A DNA stretch of 64,000 bases, from contig CM060731.1 in NCBI GenBank assembly GCA_030704615.1, positions 22,816,001 to 22,880,000 of the forward strand, given 5' to 3'. Shown here one piece after another: positions 47,534 to 60,899 of the stretch. Every line of letters starts with the position of its first letter. Positions within the stretch are counted from its first letter, which is position 1. The DNA is from Takakia lepidozioides (taxonomy: Eukaryota > Plantae > Bryophyta). Made by a program: the position numbers and the translations under genes. Below the pieces are notes generated by a model. It saw nothing but the letters and a program-made list of their open reading frames with translations, was not told the DNA's origin and searched no databases.

Positions 47534-48554
47534 CTGTTTGCCATGAGAGAGAAAATGTCCCAAGAGAACCAGGTTCGTTGGGGGTTGGGTTCTCAAAGTG
47601 ATTGTTGTATTGAGGGATACTTTCCAACCTGGCGAGCCTTAAGGCGAGCCCGATATACCAAACCCACATGCGATGTGCCAAATGCAACAGGTAGCCCACC
47701 TGCCTCCACTAAATTGCACTCATTTGGCACCTTAAACCTGCATAAGACACAACTTAGAAGTTATAAAACATCAAGAAAGAAGGGAATTTAAGAGCGTCCA
47801 GTAGGATTGAGTGCAAGAGTCTTTGCCAGACAGAGAGCAGCAGAAAACTCCAAGGTGTTACATAAGATCTCGCATTCACACCGGCTATTAGTGTGTTTTC
47901 ATCCGAAAATGCCCCCTTACATCAGACCTGAGACCAAGTGATATATGTGGTTGAATTAGCCGTGTTATAAAGATCACTAGGCTTTCTCCATTCTTTCCTT
48001 CGCATTCCGCTAGCCACTTAACTACGGTTAGAACCTGACAATTCATTGAAAATGGAAGGCAATTGCAAACACAATGCATACATTGCAGCCCCGAAACAAC
48101 ACTGTCCCGATGCAAATCAGGACGACTGAAATCAACTTCAGTGCCACAAATCGAGACACAGCCAGGTCTTACAGAACAACAAGAATACTTACGTTCTGAT
48201 AGCATCAACAATAGTCTCCTCGGCGTAGGAGCCTACGTCGATCATCCCACACACTCTATCACCAGGTTTCACATGGGTAACTTTCTCACCGACTTCGAGC
48301 ACGGTGCCTGCAAAATCTGACCCTGGCACATAGGGCAACGTAGGCTTCTCTTGATATTTACCTTGAATTGCCAGCACTGTCGCGAAATTGACACTGGCTG
48401 CGGCCACTCTCACTTTGATTCCAGTTGGGGAGGAGAGAGTGGGTCTGGGGTGATTGTTAGACACATATACAGGGGATGTTTCCGACATAGGAACTGTGGG
48501 ATCTCCCAGGCTACGGCACACCAGTGCCGACATGGTGGAGTTGCTGGATGCCAT
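45151..48554 (-). CDS. Quinone oxidoreductase-like protein (MDR/zeta-crystallin family), 6 exons, ~360 aa, C-terminal PTS1 (SKL)
   Basis: Exons 48554-48193, 47737-47629, 47061-46970, 46797-46539, 46152-46009 and 45267-45151 (1083 nt, GT-AG). Motifs: GKYQEKPTLPYVPGSD, VLGAAGGVG, YDPVGG, IPANIALVKN; the protein ends GTTSKL*. Confidence 0.93.
47495..47530. repeat. (GA)n microsatellite in a QOR intron
   Basis: Uninterrupted GA run. Confidence 0.95.
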
Positions 48555-49553
48555 AATTGGGTGACAGAGAGCGTGAACGCAGTTCTCTTCTAATGTCCAA
48601 GAGGAGCTCAACAAATTTGCAGGGAAGCAAGAGGAAGACGACCCACACAAAAGTGGAGAGGCGAAATGAACTTGAAAGAGACCTGAGACTTCACCGGGAG
48701 GGGGAGGGAGAGAGATGGCAGGACACTAGGAGATTTGTGCATTTCTCTTGGAAAATGGGATGCAAGCACGTAGCACTTGGTCATTTGCAGAATCTCTTAG
48801 TAACCAAAGTGCAGTACTAAATTGTGCAAAATGTTAGGCTTCCATCCCTGATTAGCATCATCCTTGGATTCTCTTTTTAGTAATCTCTTGGGCAAACCTT
48901 AATTCCTGGACCATCCTTTAATGGACAGGGCCCACGCAAACTTGGGGGCTTTATTTGATACCCGGACATAGTCCTGGGTCTATAAGAGGTCCATCATTTC
49001 TCTCCTGCAGCTGTTGCAAGACATAGGTGACCAAACACCCTGATGCATGTATTTTCATGTGCATACAGATTCCGGCCTTCACAATCAGAGCTATCGACGC
49101 TTGACCTTTGCATAGCCGGGCCATCATCTGTGAGTGCTGGTATTACCTACCTCCAGCGTATAAAATTGTAGATCCAGATGGTACTGCGTCAATACTACAA
49201 TGATTGGCTCGGCATAGTAGCTTGCTAGTACCTCTCATCTCCATTTGAAGGCTTGGAACACTATCTTGCCCACTCGTTCCATACAACTAAGCTTGGAACT
49301 TACGATGTTGATACCAAAAGTTCACATCTTCATTCGAAATCTTCCTTGGATGCGTGTGACAATCCCTTGTCATGAAATGTCTACCTGCTGTACTTTTCTG
49401 TTTGTGGTAAGCTGTCATACACACATGACAAAGGTGTGTTTCTTAGTACAAAAAAGCTCTGAATTTGTCCTTGCTGTTGCATCTGTAATCTCGTCTAGCA
49501 TTGCACATATAGTTAGCCCATTAAAAAAAAGAAAGAAAAAATTAGCAAGACAT

Positions 49554-49925
49554 TAGAGTTATCCGTAAAGAGTCCCAAACTCGGCATGAGAACCCTGAGT
49601 TTGGCCAAAACTGGGCATGAGACTCAAAACTCAGGATCAAGCGGTACGACTAGAAAAAACACGGGACCAAACTGCCAGGACTAGGAAAATGGGGGTGGCA
49701 GGAGTTTGGACCCGGGTTTTGTTTGTCGTCCAGGCAGAGGCAGTCAGAGCTCACGAGCTCGCGTGAGCAGCCGTTGCCCTCATCCCCAGTTTATGATTTG
49801 GTGCCCTCTTTTTGACTTCATGCCCAGTTTTCTGCACTTTACGGATTTACTCAAACTCAGGATGAAACCCGTAACTCGGGTCCAAACAGGGTACCAAACT
49901 TAGGCTCACTTTATGGATAACTCTA
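49554..49925. mobile_element. MITE-like element (~370 bp)
   Basis: TIRs TAGAGTTATCCGTAAAG / CTTTATGGATAACTCTA (one mismatch); internal AAACTCAGG and GGCATGAG repeats; no ORF; TSD unclear (possibly TA). Confidence 0.75.
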
Positions 49926-50429
49926 TCGTAACTTAACCAGTGACAAATATGGGGTCATTGGGGTCATGTTGTCCTGAAGACAACGAGTTAGTGTAGCACC
50001 TTCCTTGTGTTCATTGGCTTTTGGCACAAACTTAAATGCAGAATACATGGACCTTCAATGTGAAAATCTCGCATCAAGATACTGCTTTGCTGGTGAAGAA
50101 TTCCTGGTTTATTCTACAATCGGACTAACTTGTATGCCTTACTGCAACTAAAGATATAGATCCTATGGCTATCTATCACTTATTTGCTTGCAATTGGGTG
50201 AGAACAAGATTCGTGAACCCATTGTGGGTCATAATGCAGAGCACAAACAGCTCAATCCATTCCAGTCACTTCAGCATTCTTCTCCTGTACTGCTCAGCAT
50301 ATACTTGCGCCACATGAACTTCTTGTGCATGGGAACACACCATTTCCTTGTGCAACAAGTAATTTATACATGGAAAAATGGTTCAACCACATAGCAACTT
50401 TCTCCACTACGTGCTAAAAGGAGACCACC

Positions 50430-50630
50430 TATGCTTTCCTAGTGTTTTTGGTCACTTGAAATTGAACAGCTTTTAATGATCTGTATTTACCACAAAAATC
50501 TGAGTACACCCAAGTATGCTCCATTCCACATATGATTTCCTTTAGTGTTTGGTCACTTGAAATTGAACAGTCCTTTATGATCTGCATTCACCACACAAAA
50601 TCCAGGTACACGTAAGTATCCCCCATCCCT
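50430..50630. repeat. ~100-bp diverged tandem duplication
   Basis: TTTGGTCACTTGAAATTGAACAG..ATGATCTG..CCAC.AAAATC..GTACAC occurs twice. Confidence 0.8.
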
Positions 50631-51035
50631 GATAGTCCAATGAAAACGACATGTATCTGACAAGACATGACCTTTTCTCAAAGGATGAGTGCCTGTGTGA
50701 ATCTACAAGGACCAAGCAGAACTTTCTCTATACAACTGGAAATTGCAAAACAAAGAGACAAACCTCCACAAAACAATGAGATAAATGGACAGACTATAGC
50801 ATCAAGGAGGAGCATATGTGGACCAGACTGCAGGGAACTATAGCATGTTTTCACAATTTGGAGAAGCAAAATTCGTGGAAGAGAAGTTATTTCTAATCTT
50901 ACATTGTGGTGTGCACAAAGCTGGTGACTGCCATTAGTATTGCATGCAAGTCTTCAGATTCAGTGAAAAATGCGTGCACCACGCCCTCCTCTTGAAAATC
51001 TATCTGACTAACTGCAGAAGCAGCTCCATAGACAA

Positions 51036-53319
51036 TTAGGCAGCCAAGGCAAGCACACTCTCTGCTATGCGCAGTGCAGCATCTGGAGCTGCCGCTTTCC
51101 GTGCCTTCTCTTGCATCACCCTCTGCCCCGATTTATCCCCTGCCCCCACATTGGAGAACATATCAAGCTTCAATGCACACAGGTATGAAAATGCTCTCCT
51201 TATGAGAACAACACCAAGAACAGCCATACTCCTTTGGTAAAAGTACACAATGCAGACCTTTAATGGCTTGTCCGAATCATCAACCATTCTCAGTCATCAT
51301 CCATTTCTCTGGCTGGTACAGGAGGATGAATGTGAAACAGAGTTTAAGACGTTGTCCCCCAGACTTCTCCACTGTGCTAATTTATTGGGAAAACTTGAAA
51401 ATGGGCAAAGGACAAGTGGGCACCAATAATCTCATTGATTGTTGCAGCGAGAGTCTGTGGAGTAAGTTGACTTTCTGGGAGCACTTTAGCAGCGCCTGCC
51501 TCTGCCATAGCCATTGCGTTCTTAATTTGGTGATCCTCAGCTACAGTGGGACATGGCACCTGCACACATTGGCCCAAGAAATGGATGCGCTCACAATGCA
51601 TGCAATAAAAAAGGAGCTAGGGTCAGCCATTTACTGGTTTCTCTAGATGGAGTTTGCTGTAAATATATTCTCAATCCTCACCACAACTGACAGCTTTTCT
51701 GTAACTTTGATTGATTGCTAATGCTTAATTTCTGCTCCAAAGCACACTTAGGCCTGGCTCATGTGTCAAAGTACCAAGATAGAAGGCTTGGCAGTGACCA
51801 GCAGCTCACTACATGTAATGGCACCTGCCCTCGCCACTACTACATTTGCTGCAGCATACGCCATCTCCATTGCATCCACGTACCTGTTCATCCATGCTTT
51901 GCCCCAATCCCCACTCAGCAAAACTGTGGCTTTTCAGGCTGAAATTCCACATTCTGCACTGTCAACCATGAATTACATTCTACTGCATGTTCTGCATCCT
52001 GTATGATATCTCAGAGCTGACTAAATGCTGGTTTACGGAGCTGACCGTCACCGTGGTTATCACTCCCCAGTGATTCTATCTGCACACCTAGAAAACAACT
52101 GTATGGGCCTCACAAAAGCCCCAGCGATCCAAGCTGGAATGGTGGGATGGAGGTGTTTGAATAGAATCTTACGGCAAGAGGGCCAGGCGTGGATGAGTGC
52201 CCACTAGGTCCAGGATAGTTTTGAAGTGGGTGGGACCGGTCTGCCAGATGAGTCTACGCTGTGGGTGTTGCTGCAGCATTGGTTGTGCCAGGCCCACCAC
52301 TGCATCGTTGATAGCCCCTGCTCCTAGCGAACCCCCAATCACCACCACCACCTCCTCCTCTATGCCATCATCTCGGGGCGCTAGAGTTGGGAAAAATGAG
52401 CGCAGCGCCATAGCTGCAGTGATGGGTTGTTGGAGGACAAGCCTGGTAGGGTTGCCATGCACCACACATTTGTGTTTTGGGAAATATGCACAGGCAGATG
52501 CAAAAGCCACAAACACAACCCGGGCAATTTTTCCTAGAAGGCAGTTGGAGATGCCTGCATATGCATTCTGCTCTTGAATGACCACCACACTCCCAGTCAA
52601 GGCTGCAACCAAACACACAGGACCTGCGACATAACCCCCTGTTCCCACCACCACATGTGGTCGATACGAGCGAACCAGTTTCCAGCAAACCCATATGCAA
52701 TATAGCAATTTAGCTGGCAACAGCAAGTTGGAAAGACTCCAAAATGGTCGGCGGATCGCAGCAGCAGGGATGGGTGAGATAATGTAACCGGCTTTGGGAA
52801 CTACGGACCACTCCATGCGCTCCTTGGTACCCACGAACTGGACCTTAGCGGCTGGGTCTAGTCGACGAACCTCATCAGCAATTGCCAGAGCGGGATAAAC
52901 GTGGCCGCCAGTCCCCCCTGCTGCAAACAAGATGCGCACACTTGCCACAGCAGTAGAATCAGCGACCACCTGCCTGCATGCGCTTGGCACTTGCCGGAGT
53001 GATCGAGGGGCAGAGCCGACATCATTGAAGAAATAGGATAACTTGTAGCCGGCCCAGTTTCCACTCATGTTCTGCATACAACAAGGCCACCTCCTTGAGT
53101 CAATCTATGAAATGGCTCCTGGTTCAAAAGAGACAGATTCCAAACTTAGAGTCACCCCTACCAGCAGGGCGAAAAAGGTTGTGGATTTGCAAAGTAAATG
53201 ATAGGTCAGATTGAAGTCCATCTCCCAACACCTAATTCCTTGCAGTGACCAACCACGAAAAGAACAAAAACACGCACTTGCCTGGACACTGCAAGGTAGG
53301 CGGATGACACGGAGGCCAT
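51036..53319 (-). CDS. murG: MurG, plastid peptidoglycan GlcNAc transferase (GT28), 5 exons, ~429 aa
   Basis: Exons 53319-53278 (tentative), 53071-52173, 51883-51775, 51559-51424 and 51139-51036. Motifs: GGTGGHVYP, GTGGYV, EQN, GNPTR, GGSLGA, QTG, ARAGAITCSE, DHQIKNA. The N-terminus is Ser/Ala-rich and transit-peptide-like. Confidence 0.93.
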
Positions 53320-54292
53320 GCTAGGTTCGACATAGCTGCTGACCAGTCTCGCATCCATTCTTAGCCGAGTGTCATGTGCAGCAGGACATATGTGCGATTG
53401 CCCACAAGTTGAACTTATAAGGATATCGAATTCACGTACTTGGAAATGGGCCCCGCTGAGGCAATCCTCACCTCTAGAATGAATTGGAAAATTGCAATTC
53501 TCTAAAAGAAGGGTGTTTGCTTCATACTGAAGTTCCGCTCTCGCAAATAAGTACGTCGTGTCGTTTAAAGTGCCCCGACCTCTCTTCTCTGCTCTCTTAC
53601 GGAAGGCGAGCGAGAAATGCACTAGGGAGATGAAGTGGAAAACGTGATCAGCTCGCGGTATTTCTTATATTCATTCTACTAGCTACTGGAATCCATCTGC
53701 CTTCACTCTGACAACGTTCCACAGCCAAATACATAGTTAGGCTTCCGGATCAAACATTTACTATTTGAGAATCGATTTCTAATACGCTTCCACAGCTGCA
53801 GTGGGAGTGGCCGCAATGTTCTGTCTTCAGTGCGCAAACACTGATGAGTTCTTTGTAGGAATAGGGATCCAAACCTGGGAAACTGTGGTCAAGTCTGGAT
53901 TGTAAGCAGTCACAGTTTTCTGGCCTGGCTGTGTGTTGTGAGAGGATCCTGAAAATGCGGCACCCCTTACTGCAGGAATAATGGCAACAACACTAAGGTG
54001 CACTCAAGTCTGGTGGAAGGCATACCCAAGTACTAACTTCACGTATGTCTCAAGAAATTGACTTGTGAACACAGAGATCACAAACAAATAAGAACCACAA
54101 TGAATTTCCCAGATTGTATCACATACATCTTTCCACCAATTTACAAGTAGCTTTGTTAATCAGGAAAACGGCAATGCTACCTCCAAAAAAGTCAAAATGG
54201 GCACCACTGCATAGACTTACAAAACAAGGTGGCCTAACTGACCATCTCCATATCAAGAGTGATATAGATCCATCTTACAAGTGATTGGGTCC

Positions 54293-56905
54293 CTAAACCT
54301 TACTTGCTTCCAACGTGGCAGCCTCTTTAGAGAGAATCCTCTCATACACATCCCTAATCTTAAGTCCTACAATTGTTTGGAATAAACCAGTGCCGTTGTT
54401 GCTTCCAGGGAAATCAGCATGCTTTAGCATCTGCTGTGTGATCTCTCCATAGAACTTGGTTGAGATGTTGCTGAGGTGACTTTCCACATATATCAACTCA
54501 TCGAGTTTGTCAAACTGACCATCCATCTCTACAACAGACACCTGCAGAAGCAAAACACAGCCCTGTCAAACTCCTTCCACCGTGTATGCAACATGACCAC
54601 AGCTGACACCTGCCCACATGAATAACTCAGTCCAGCCCCAAAGTCCCAGTTATCTGCAAGGATGTGAGCAGATTAGAAGCAGCCATTTAGGAGTTGAGAG
54701 AAAATGTACAGTCTGTACCTCATTTCCAAAGTAAGTGTCCGGGCCATAGAAGAACTTGATGCCTGGGTATGAGCATGTGAGCTTTCGTCCACAGGGAATC
54801 CAGGAGATAGTGGAGCCCTCGTCGTAAAGGTAAACGGGCTCAAAATATTTCACGCCCTCCTTCATGACCATGCGCACCCGTAGCACCTTGCCTTCATTGT
54901 CATCAGGAATCAACTGGGTTGGCAGCACCTGGATCACCACATCTGCATACTGCTTCTGTGGATCTGCATATACAGCACCAACATCACTCACTTGGCCCAT
55001 TCGCTGCCATCACTGGAGTCACTATCTCCACACCAGTAACAATTTCATTGACGTATAGAGATATCTTCCCAGTCACCAGAAACGACACCTTTTGATAATA
55101 TAGAGAATTAGACCCATGACTAACAGCAGAGGTGAGACTCCCATTTATCCAGTGCATCTTCAAATTGGCTGCTGGCAGAGTTTAGCTAGGGCCTGTCTTA
55201 CTGACCAGGAAGCCAGAGTGAGAGAGATAAAAGAGGGAGTGCGCACCAATGTAGGCATCGAAGTCAGGCTTGCGGGCTGCAATACTCGCCTTGATACTCT
55301 CCAAGCTGTGTCCTCGCTCTGCCATGTCACGCTGAGGATTGCATCCAGGGTTGAAGACATCATCAAATTTGTTTGAGAGAGAGAGAGAGAAAGAGCCACA
55401 GGCTGAGGGATGAAAACGTTGAGAGGGCATCAGAACAGCATGCCAGCTGCCCTTCACGGCACTGTAGGAACCCTGCCCCTCTCCAAAGTAGAAATTGTGA
55501 TATTACAGAAAAAAGATAGGCAAGTACAACATTTCACTTTCTTTTATAGGTGGAGCCCAATGCACGCGATAAATCTAACCTGAATCTTCCACGCAAACTT
55601 GACATCGTCACTGATGTCCAAGTAGATGCTGAAATCCAGAAGCTCCCTCACTCTCGCATCGTACCTGCTCAACGCAAGAGAGGTCTTCTTCAACAACAAG
55701 ACCCCACTATGACATCAAGATCCCACATAAAGAGCAGTCAATGGACCTTGGCGCACTCTAACTGCGTTCTAAATTCACTTCAGAGTCGGTTAATTCATAG
55801 CAGTACATGTTTAACAACAAGTCAATCATAATTCCCCCTCTGAAGTCTATGGCATGACTGCATGTAGAGCTGGCTCTTTGGGCTTCTTCCTCCCTCACAA
55901 GCTGCATCAGCTCGCGCATCCCTCCTTCACCTGGCCATCTCTTGAGAAAAAGAAGGAGGGACCGGAAGGACACATTTATATCGTCATGCATCTGCTTGTG
56001 CCTTTTCTGAAATGTCACTTTCTCAAAATTGTGATGGTACCAGAGTCATGCAAATAGTCCATCCGCAGGTGCATTCCCCTGTACATGAGGGATTTGCTTT
56101 CTCACGTGAATTGTCATTCTAACTCTGGGATGCCCAAGGTCGCATTTTGAAGCCATATCCTACAAATGGCGTCCACACACGAATTTCGAAGCAAACTCCT
56201 ATTTTGCTACTAGACTTCAAAATTAAGACACCTTTTGACAATTAAACGAGGAGGAGGAGGAGGAGGAGGAGGGAGAAGGAATGAGTACATGGGATGAAGA
56301 CCCTCAATGACAAGAATATTGGGGGGATTAATTAGTTCGGGAGGATCCAGCAAGCCGGAGACATGATTGTAGATGGGCTTCTGCACTGACTTCCCCTCCT
56401 TGAGCGCCTTAACCTGCTCGTACATGAGATCAAAATTGTTGGCCCGTGGGTCAAGTGCAGTCACAGCCTTCTCCTTGCGGCCGAATCTGTCCAACGAATG
56501 GTAGTCGTCCAAGCAAATCACGGTAGTAGTGTCACTGAGCAGCGTGTTGGAATCCGGATTGCCCCCTCTGGGAGGGGAAGCAGCACCCCCAAAAACACTC
56601 GTAAGACGACGCATGAAGGTACTCTTCCCACAGCCCGAGTCAGCTGCCAGGCCGATCACCACCGTCCTCTCGGGCGCTGCTTTGCACACCACAACGGCAC
56701 GGTGCACTGATCCCGCTCGCTTGCTCGACCTGGACCGCAGCTGCGACATGCTGATCTCATTCTGCCTCACGCTCAGCACTCCCTGTCCATGAAATTGCGA
56801 TAACAAATTCAACCTAGACGGCGCAGTGGCACGGACCCCTGCCTTGGGATTCATGGGTGCCACAGAAGGTGGGGAGGCAGAGGCCGCTGCAGCTTTGCAC
56901 GCCAT
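54293..56905 (-). CDS. PRK: Phosphoribulokinase, chloroplastic, 5 exons, ~426 aa
   Basis: Exons 56905-56289, 55664-55580, 55331-55247, 54963-54719 and 54541-54293 (1281 nt). Motifs: GLAADSGCGKSTF, VICLDDYHSLDR, RDMAERGH, IPCGRKLTCSYPG, FPGSNNGTG; transit peptide present. Confidence 0.97.
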
Positions 56906-59119
56906 AGCTGCGCTCTGTGCAACACTGCGTATCGTCTCCGTCTCTCTCATATCACTGCTGAGTCCTACTCCCCCCCCCTCAAAGATAGGATCGGGCGTTG
57001 CGTGGCGGCCAGCCCGAGCCTCGCCATCCCGAGACAACGCTGGATAGGCTCGTTGCAATATCAGCCCCCCGTGCCAGGCCGGCTGCGTGGACATCGGAGG
57101 CTCGGATCTCGAGCCTACGCCTGTCGACGAATGTTCCACCTGGATGGGAAGCGATGAGCGACGCCGTCTTCCTCGCTGCCTTCCTTTCAACTCTCCGCGA
57201 TTTTTCACTGTGCGGCTTGCGTGCGGCTGTTGCATGTGCAAGCTTCTTTCTTTCATTTGCAGAACAATCTGGATCAAGAAACACAAGGAGCAGTTTTGAG
57301 AGCTGGCCACTGTGCGAAACACTGAAATCTGAGAGATTTTTCATAAATTCTACAGACTTTAATGTACCAGTCAGGCTGGGGCTGGCTCTCAATACTTTGG
57401 CCAATAGCTGCAAGCTCCAGCTGCATGTGTCAAGAGCTAAAAGTTCCACCAGATCCTTGCAAGAAATTCTCTGATAAGATCTTACGTCGCTTAGTGATTT
57501 CCTCGTGCTATTCGTTTTTCTTTTTCCCTTTGTGAGCTACATATGCATGAAAATTAACGGCCTTCTTTGTAAGATCCACTCATCTGTGAATAAGGAAATC
57601 CTCTCCAGGATCCATCATGCATGCATGCAAATGTTTATAATGTTCCGTAGGGAGCACATATAATATGACGTTTAGTAGCTATCGAACAATTTGTTGCTAT
57701 CTACTGGTCCTTGAAGTTGCAGTAAGACTCTTCTCCAGTATCGAAGATCATCTCCGTAATTTCATGCTCATGATCTCTCCCTCCCCATCATATAAATATT
57801 CTGAACTCGAATGCCCTCAGTGGCACATAAGACGTCCATATGTAATCATGATGTGTGCGTGGTCGTGAAAAAGTTATGTCCATCCGAAGGATCCCGTAAG
57901 AAATATAAAATATACTATCCCGTACATCTCATTGAAGCTAAGTGTACTGTTGACGTCAATATTTAAAGCAGTGTCATCCTCTCAGTTTGAGTTGAGGCTG
58001 CACTATCTGCAGCTTTGGCTGCTATTCGCAGCAGCCCCGATCTGTCTGCAGGTGGTCTCTCTCCCTGACTCATGTATTTGCAGTGCCGCCACTGCTTACA
58101 AGTAGGTGTAGGCGGTCCGTTTGGTTCGGCAGTTCGGATCTTTGCTTCTGTCCCTACCACCATTCAGGCTGATTGGAAGCTTGGTAATGTCGTAGCCGTC
58201 CTCGAGAGTATCATCAGTGTCACCAATTCACCAATCTTGATCTGCTTCTGCATGTGAACATTTCATTTTCCCTCGAGCCAGAGAAGTTGTCATAGAGCTT
58301 GGCCATAGCTACACATCGTCTTCGCTGGCCTCGTAGCTCTCGTAAGTCCCAGGTTCTATCTTAGTTGGGTGAGAGATAATTCCTGCAACTTAGCCTGCTC
58401 CATATTACCTACCCCCGCGAGAACTCTGAAGATTTCTGGCCGAGATCTTTGCTTCTTTACTTCTGCCAGATTATTCCTCTAATAACAATGTGATCTCCTT
58501 CGGTTTGTGACGAATCATTTGGCCTTGTGCCGGTGAGATCTTCAGAACCTCGCATGTTTAGTCTTCGGGCTCCTCGTGGATCTCATCAAGTGTCACAAAC
58601 TAGTTGGTAAGGGATTTCCGGCTGATGCCTGATCATCCTTTCCCCTCTAAGCAGATTTTGAGGCTGGCTGAGCTCTTTGCAGTTTTTTTTTTCTTTCAGT
58701 TAGTTTGCGTTAGGTTTCGCATTTCCTGATCTGCATCTACCTCATTTGCGCACGGCCAACTTGTGCCTGCCTCTGTATCCGCCCTAACGTAGTTGACGTT
58801 TCATTACCAGGTCTTCTGCCAGCGAAATCCAGAGCTGGTGTTTCAAACCTAAAGTTTGGACTTTGGACCCACAATATAGGAAGACAATAGGAATAATGTA
58901 AGAACTTAATGGACGCGCGTGATCTTACGTTACTTTCGCCGGATTCCGGCACCTTGGGCTCCTCTGGCCCCTGTCAAATCCTCCCCACCCCCTCTTACCT
59001 CAGTTTCACTATTAAGTACTTTAGAATCCAAGTGGGTTGCAAGTTGTGGTGGGTAGCAAGACGGTAAGGTGATAGCGTTGTAGGTGGCGAAGTTCAGGGT
59101 TTGATTCTTGATGGGAGGT

Positions 59120-59385
59120 GCTTGTAGTGTAATCCTGGTCGGTGTAACCCCGATAGTGTAACCCTCTGAAACCCTGGTTTCTCATGTAACTATGTTTAGT
59201 TCATTTTAAACTTAACCAAATTTGGACTCGGTCAAATTTCGAGACCAAGTGTGAGTTACACCAAGAGGAGTTACACTCCATTCTGTGTAATCCTGGGTTG
59301 AGTTACACACCTCGTCGTGTAACCCAATGTAACCCCAAGTGGAGCTACACACCTCGAGTAATCCAGTGTAACCCCAACTCGAGTT
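59120..59385. repeat. Cluster of GTGTAAYCC / GAGTTACAC motifs, probably a non-autonomous TE
   Basis: About ten copies in both orientations. Confidence 0.55.
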
Positions 59386-59664
59386 TTTACTCCTTCAGTT
59401 CCATGTCACTCTCAAGAGAGGGTGAGGAAGATTTGACATGCCGGAAACCGGCATACCATCCTATCATAGATTGCCCCTGTGCATTAAGTTCCTATTATCT
59501 TCCCAAAATCAATATATGAAGCGAGATGCTTGTTTTGTTTTGTAGCGTCGTTGAGATCTGCCAAACCGCGGGCCCAACGTGGGATGCTTGGTGCCGTTGG
59601 AAAGCCCTCGATGAGGAGGGGTGCACCAGCTTGGTCTCATGATTTTTGGACAAGCGGTGAGGGA

Positions 59665-60590
59665 GATGTGGAATTCCAAGTACTTTTGGTCGCTGGAAAT
59701 TCACAAAAAATAGCGAAAATGGCAAAGTGGGCATTCCGTTGGAGCCTCGAGGGGAGAGATATAAAGGGAAAGGTCTCCGGTTCAAATCTGGTTGTAGGCT
59801 CTGTGGAAAAAAAAGTTGATTAGATACGGCTTGCTTCATATATTGATGCACTTGAACTTAGATGACATTGGACACTTGGGCCAACGGCACAGGCTATCCT
59901 AGAGATATGGAATTTTGAGTGCTTTGGGTCGCTGGAAATTCAAAAAATATAGCAAAGTGGGTTTTCCTGGAGCTATGATTGGCCTATCATGTGGCAGATT
60001 TGGAATTTCAAGTGCTTTTGGTCGCTGGAAATTCGTGAAAAATAACAAAGTGGATATATCAATATATGAAGCCTTGACAAGGGAGATAGCAAAAATAGCA
60101 AAGTGGGCTTTGGGATTGCACTTGGACTTGACAATGGACACCGGAGGTCGCACTTGGGCCTCTACATGGGAGAAGCACTTGGATACATAGGAGATTGCAC
60201 TTGGGCTTAGATTTCAATTCTTCACACACGGGCCTCGACATAGGAGACGTACTTGAATACATAGGAATTGCACTGGGATTTGATGATTTGGAATTCCAAG
60301 TACTTTTGGTCACTGGAAATTCACAAAAAACAGCAAAATGGCAAAGTGGGCATTCCTGGAACAATGGTTGGAGCCTCCATGGGAGAAATAACAAGGGAAA
60401 GGTCTCCAGTTGAAATCTGGTCATAGGCTCTGTGGAAAAAAAACTTACCTAGATGACATTGGACACTTGGGCCAACGGCAAATGCTATCCTATTTGGGCC
60501 TCAACATAGGCGACACACTTTGATACATAGGGAATTGCACTTGGACTTACATGACACTGGACACCTAGGGCAACGGCACAGGCTACCCTA
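59665..60590. repeat. Complex tandem repeat region, probably TE-internal
   Basis: TGGAATT..AGTRCTTTTGGTCRCTGGAAATTC..AAAATRGCAAAGTGG recurs near 59670, 59910, 60000 and 60290; AGATGACATTGGACACTTGGGCCAACGGCA recurs near 59860 and 60450. Confidence 0.8.
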
Positions 60591-60899
60591 GTTTATATAT
60601 ATAAGAAAAGGGAATGCCAGTGCGCCTGTGGGCCCCGCCAGTAGGGCCCGTGGGTCGCCCAGTGCCCATCCACCGGATCCACTGGAGAGTCCCGTCCCTT
60701 CTCAAGAGTCTCTTGGAGGGTCCACCCACTCTAAAAGTCCGGGACCCGGGTCCCGAGTAGTCCACTATGTAGAGTCCGGTGGACGCAGAGATCCACTGGA
60801 GGGTCCACTCTACATTGTAGAGTGAGTCCGCTGGAGGGTCTGCAGAGGTTCGCCATGCCCCCTTGCACGATCCACTGCAAGCGAGGTAGGCCAAATGGT

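Noticed and set aside
53280-53282. GC-AG intron donor (AG/GCAAGT) for murG exon 1
   Set aside because: I found no nearby acceptor that keeps the frame with this phase, whereas the GT donor 4 nt further on does.
51036-53319. Bacterial contamination or recent transfer of murG
   Set aside because: It has spliceosomal introns, a transit-like leader and plant gene neighbours.
56906-57322. 139-aa N-terminal extension of PRK in the ORF track
   Set aside because: The ORF begins at a non-ATG codon and the extension is low-complexity GC-rich leader or promoter sequence; the ATG at 56905 gives a normal transit peptide and protein length.
57960-58960. Possible gag/ORF1 relic
   Set aside because: The composition is suggestive but I could not recover any diagnostic motif.
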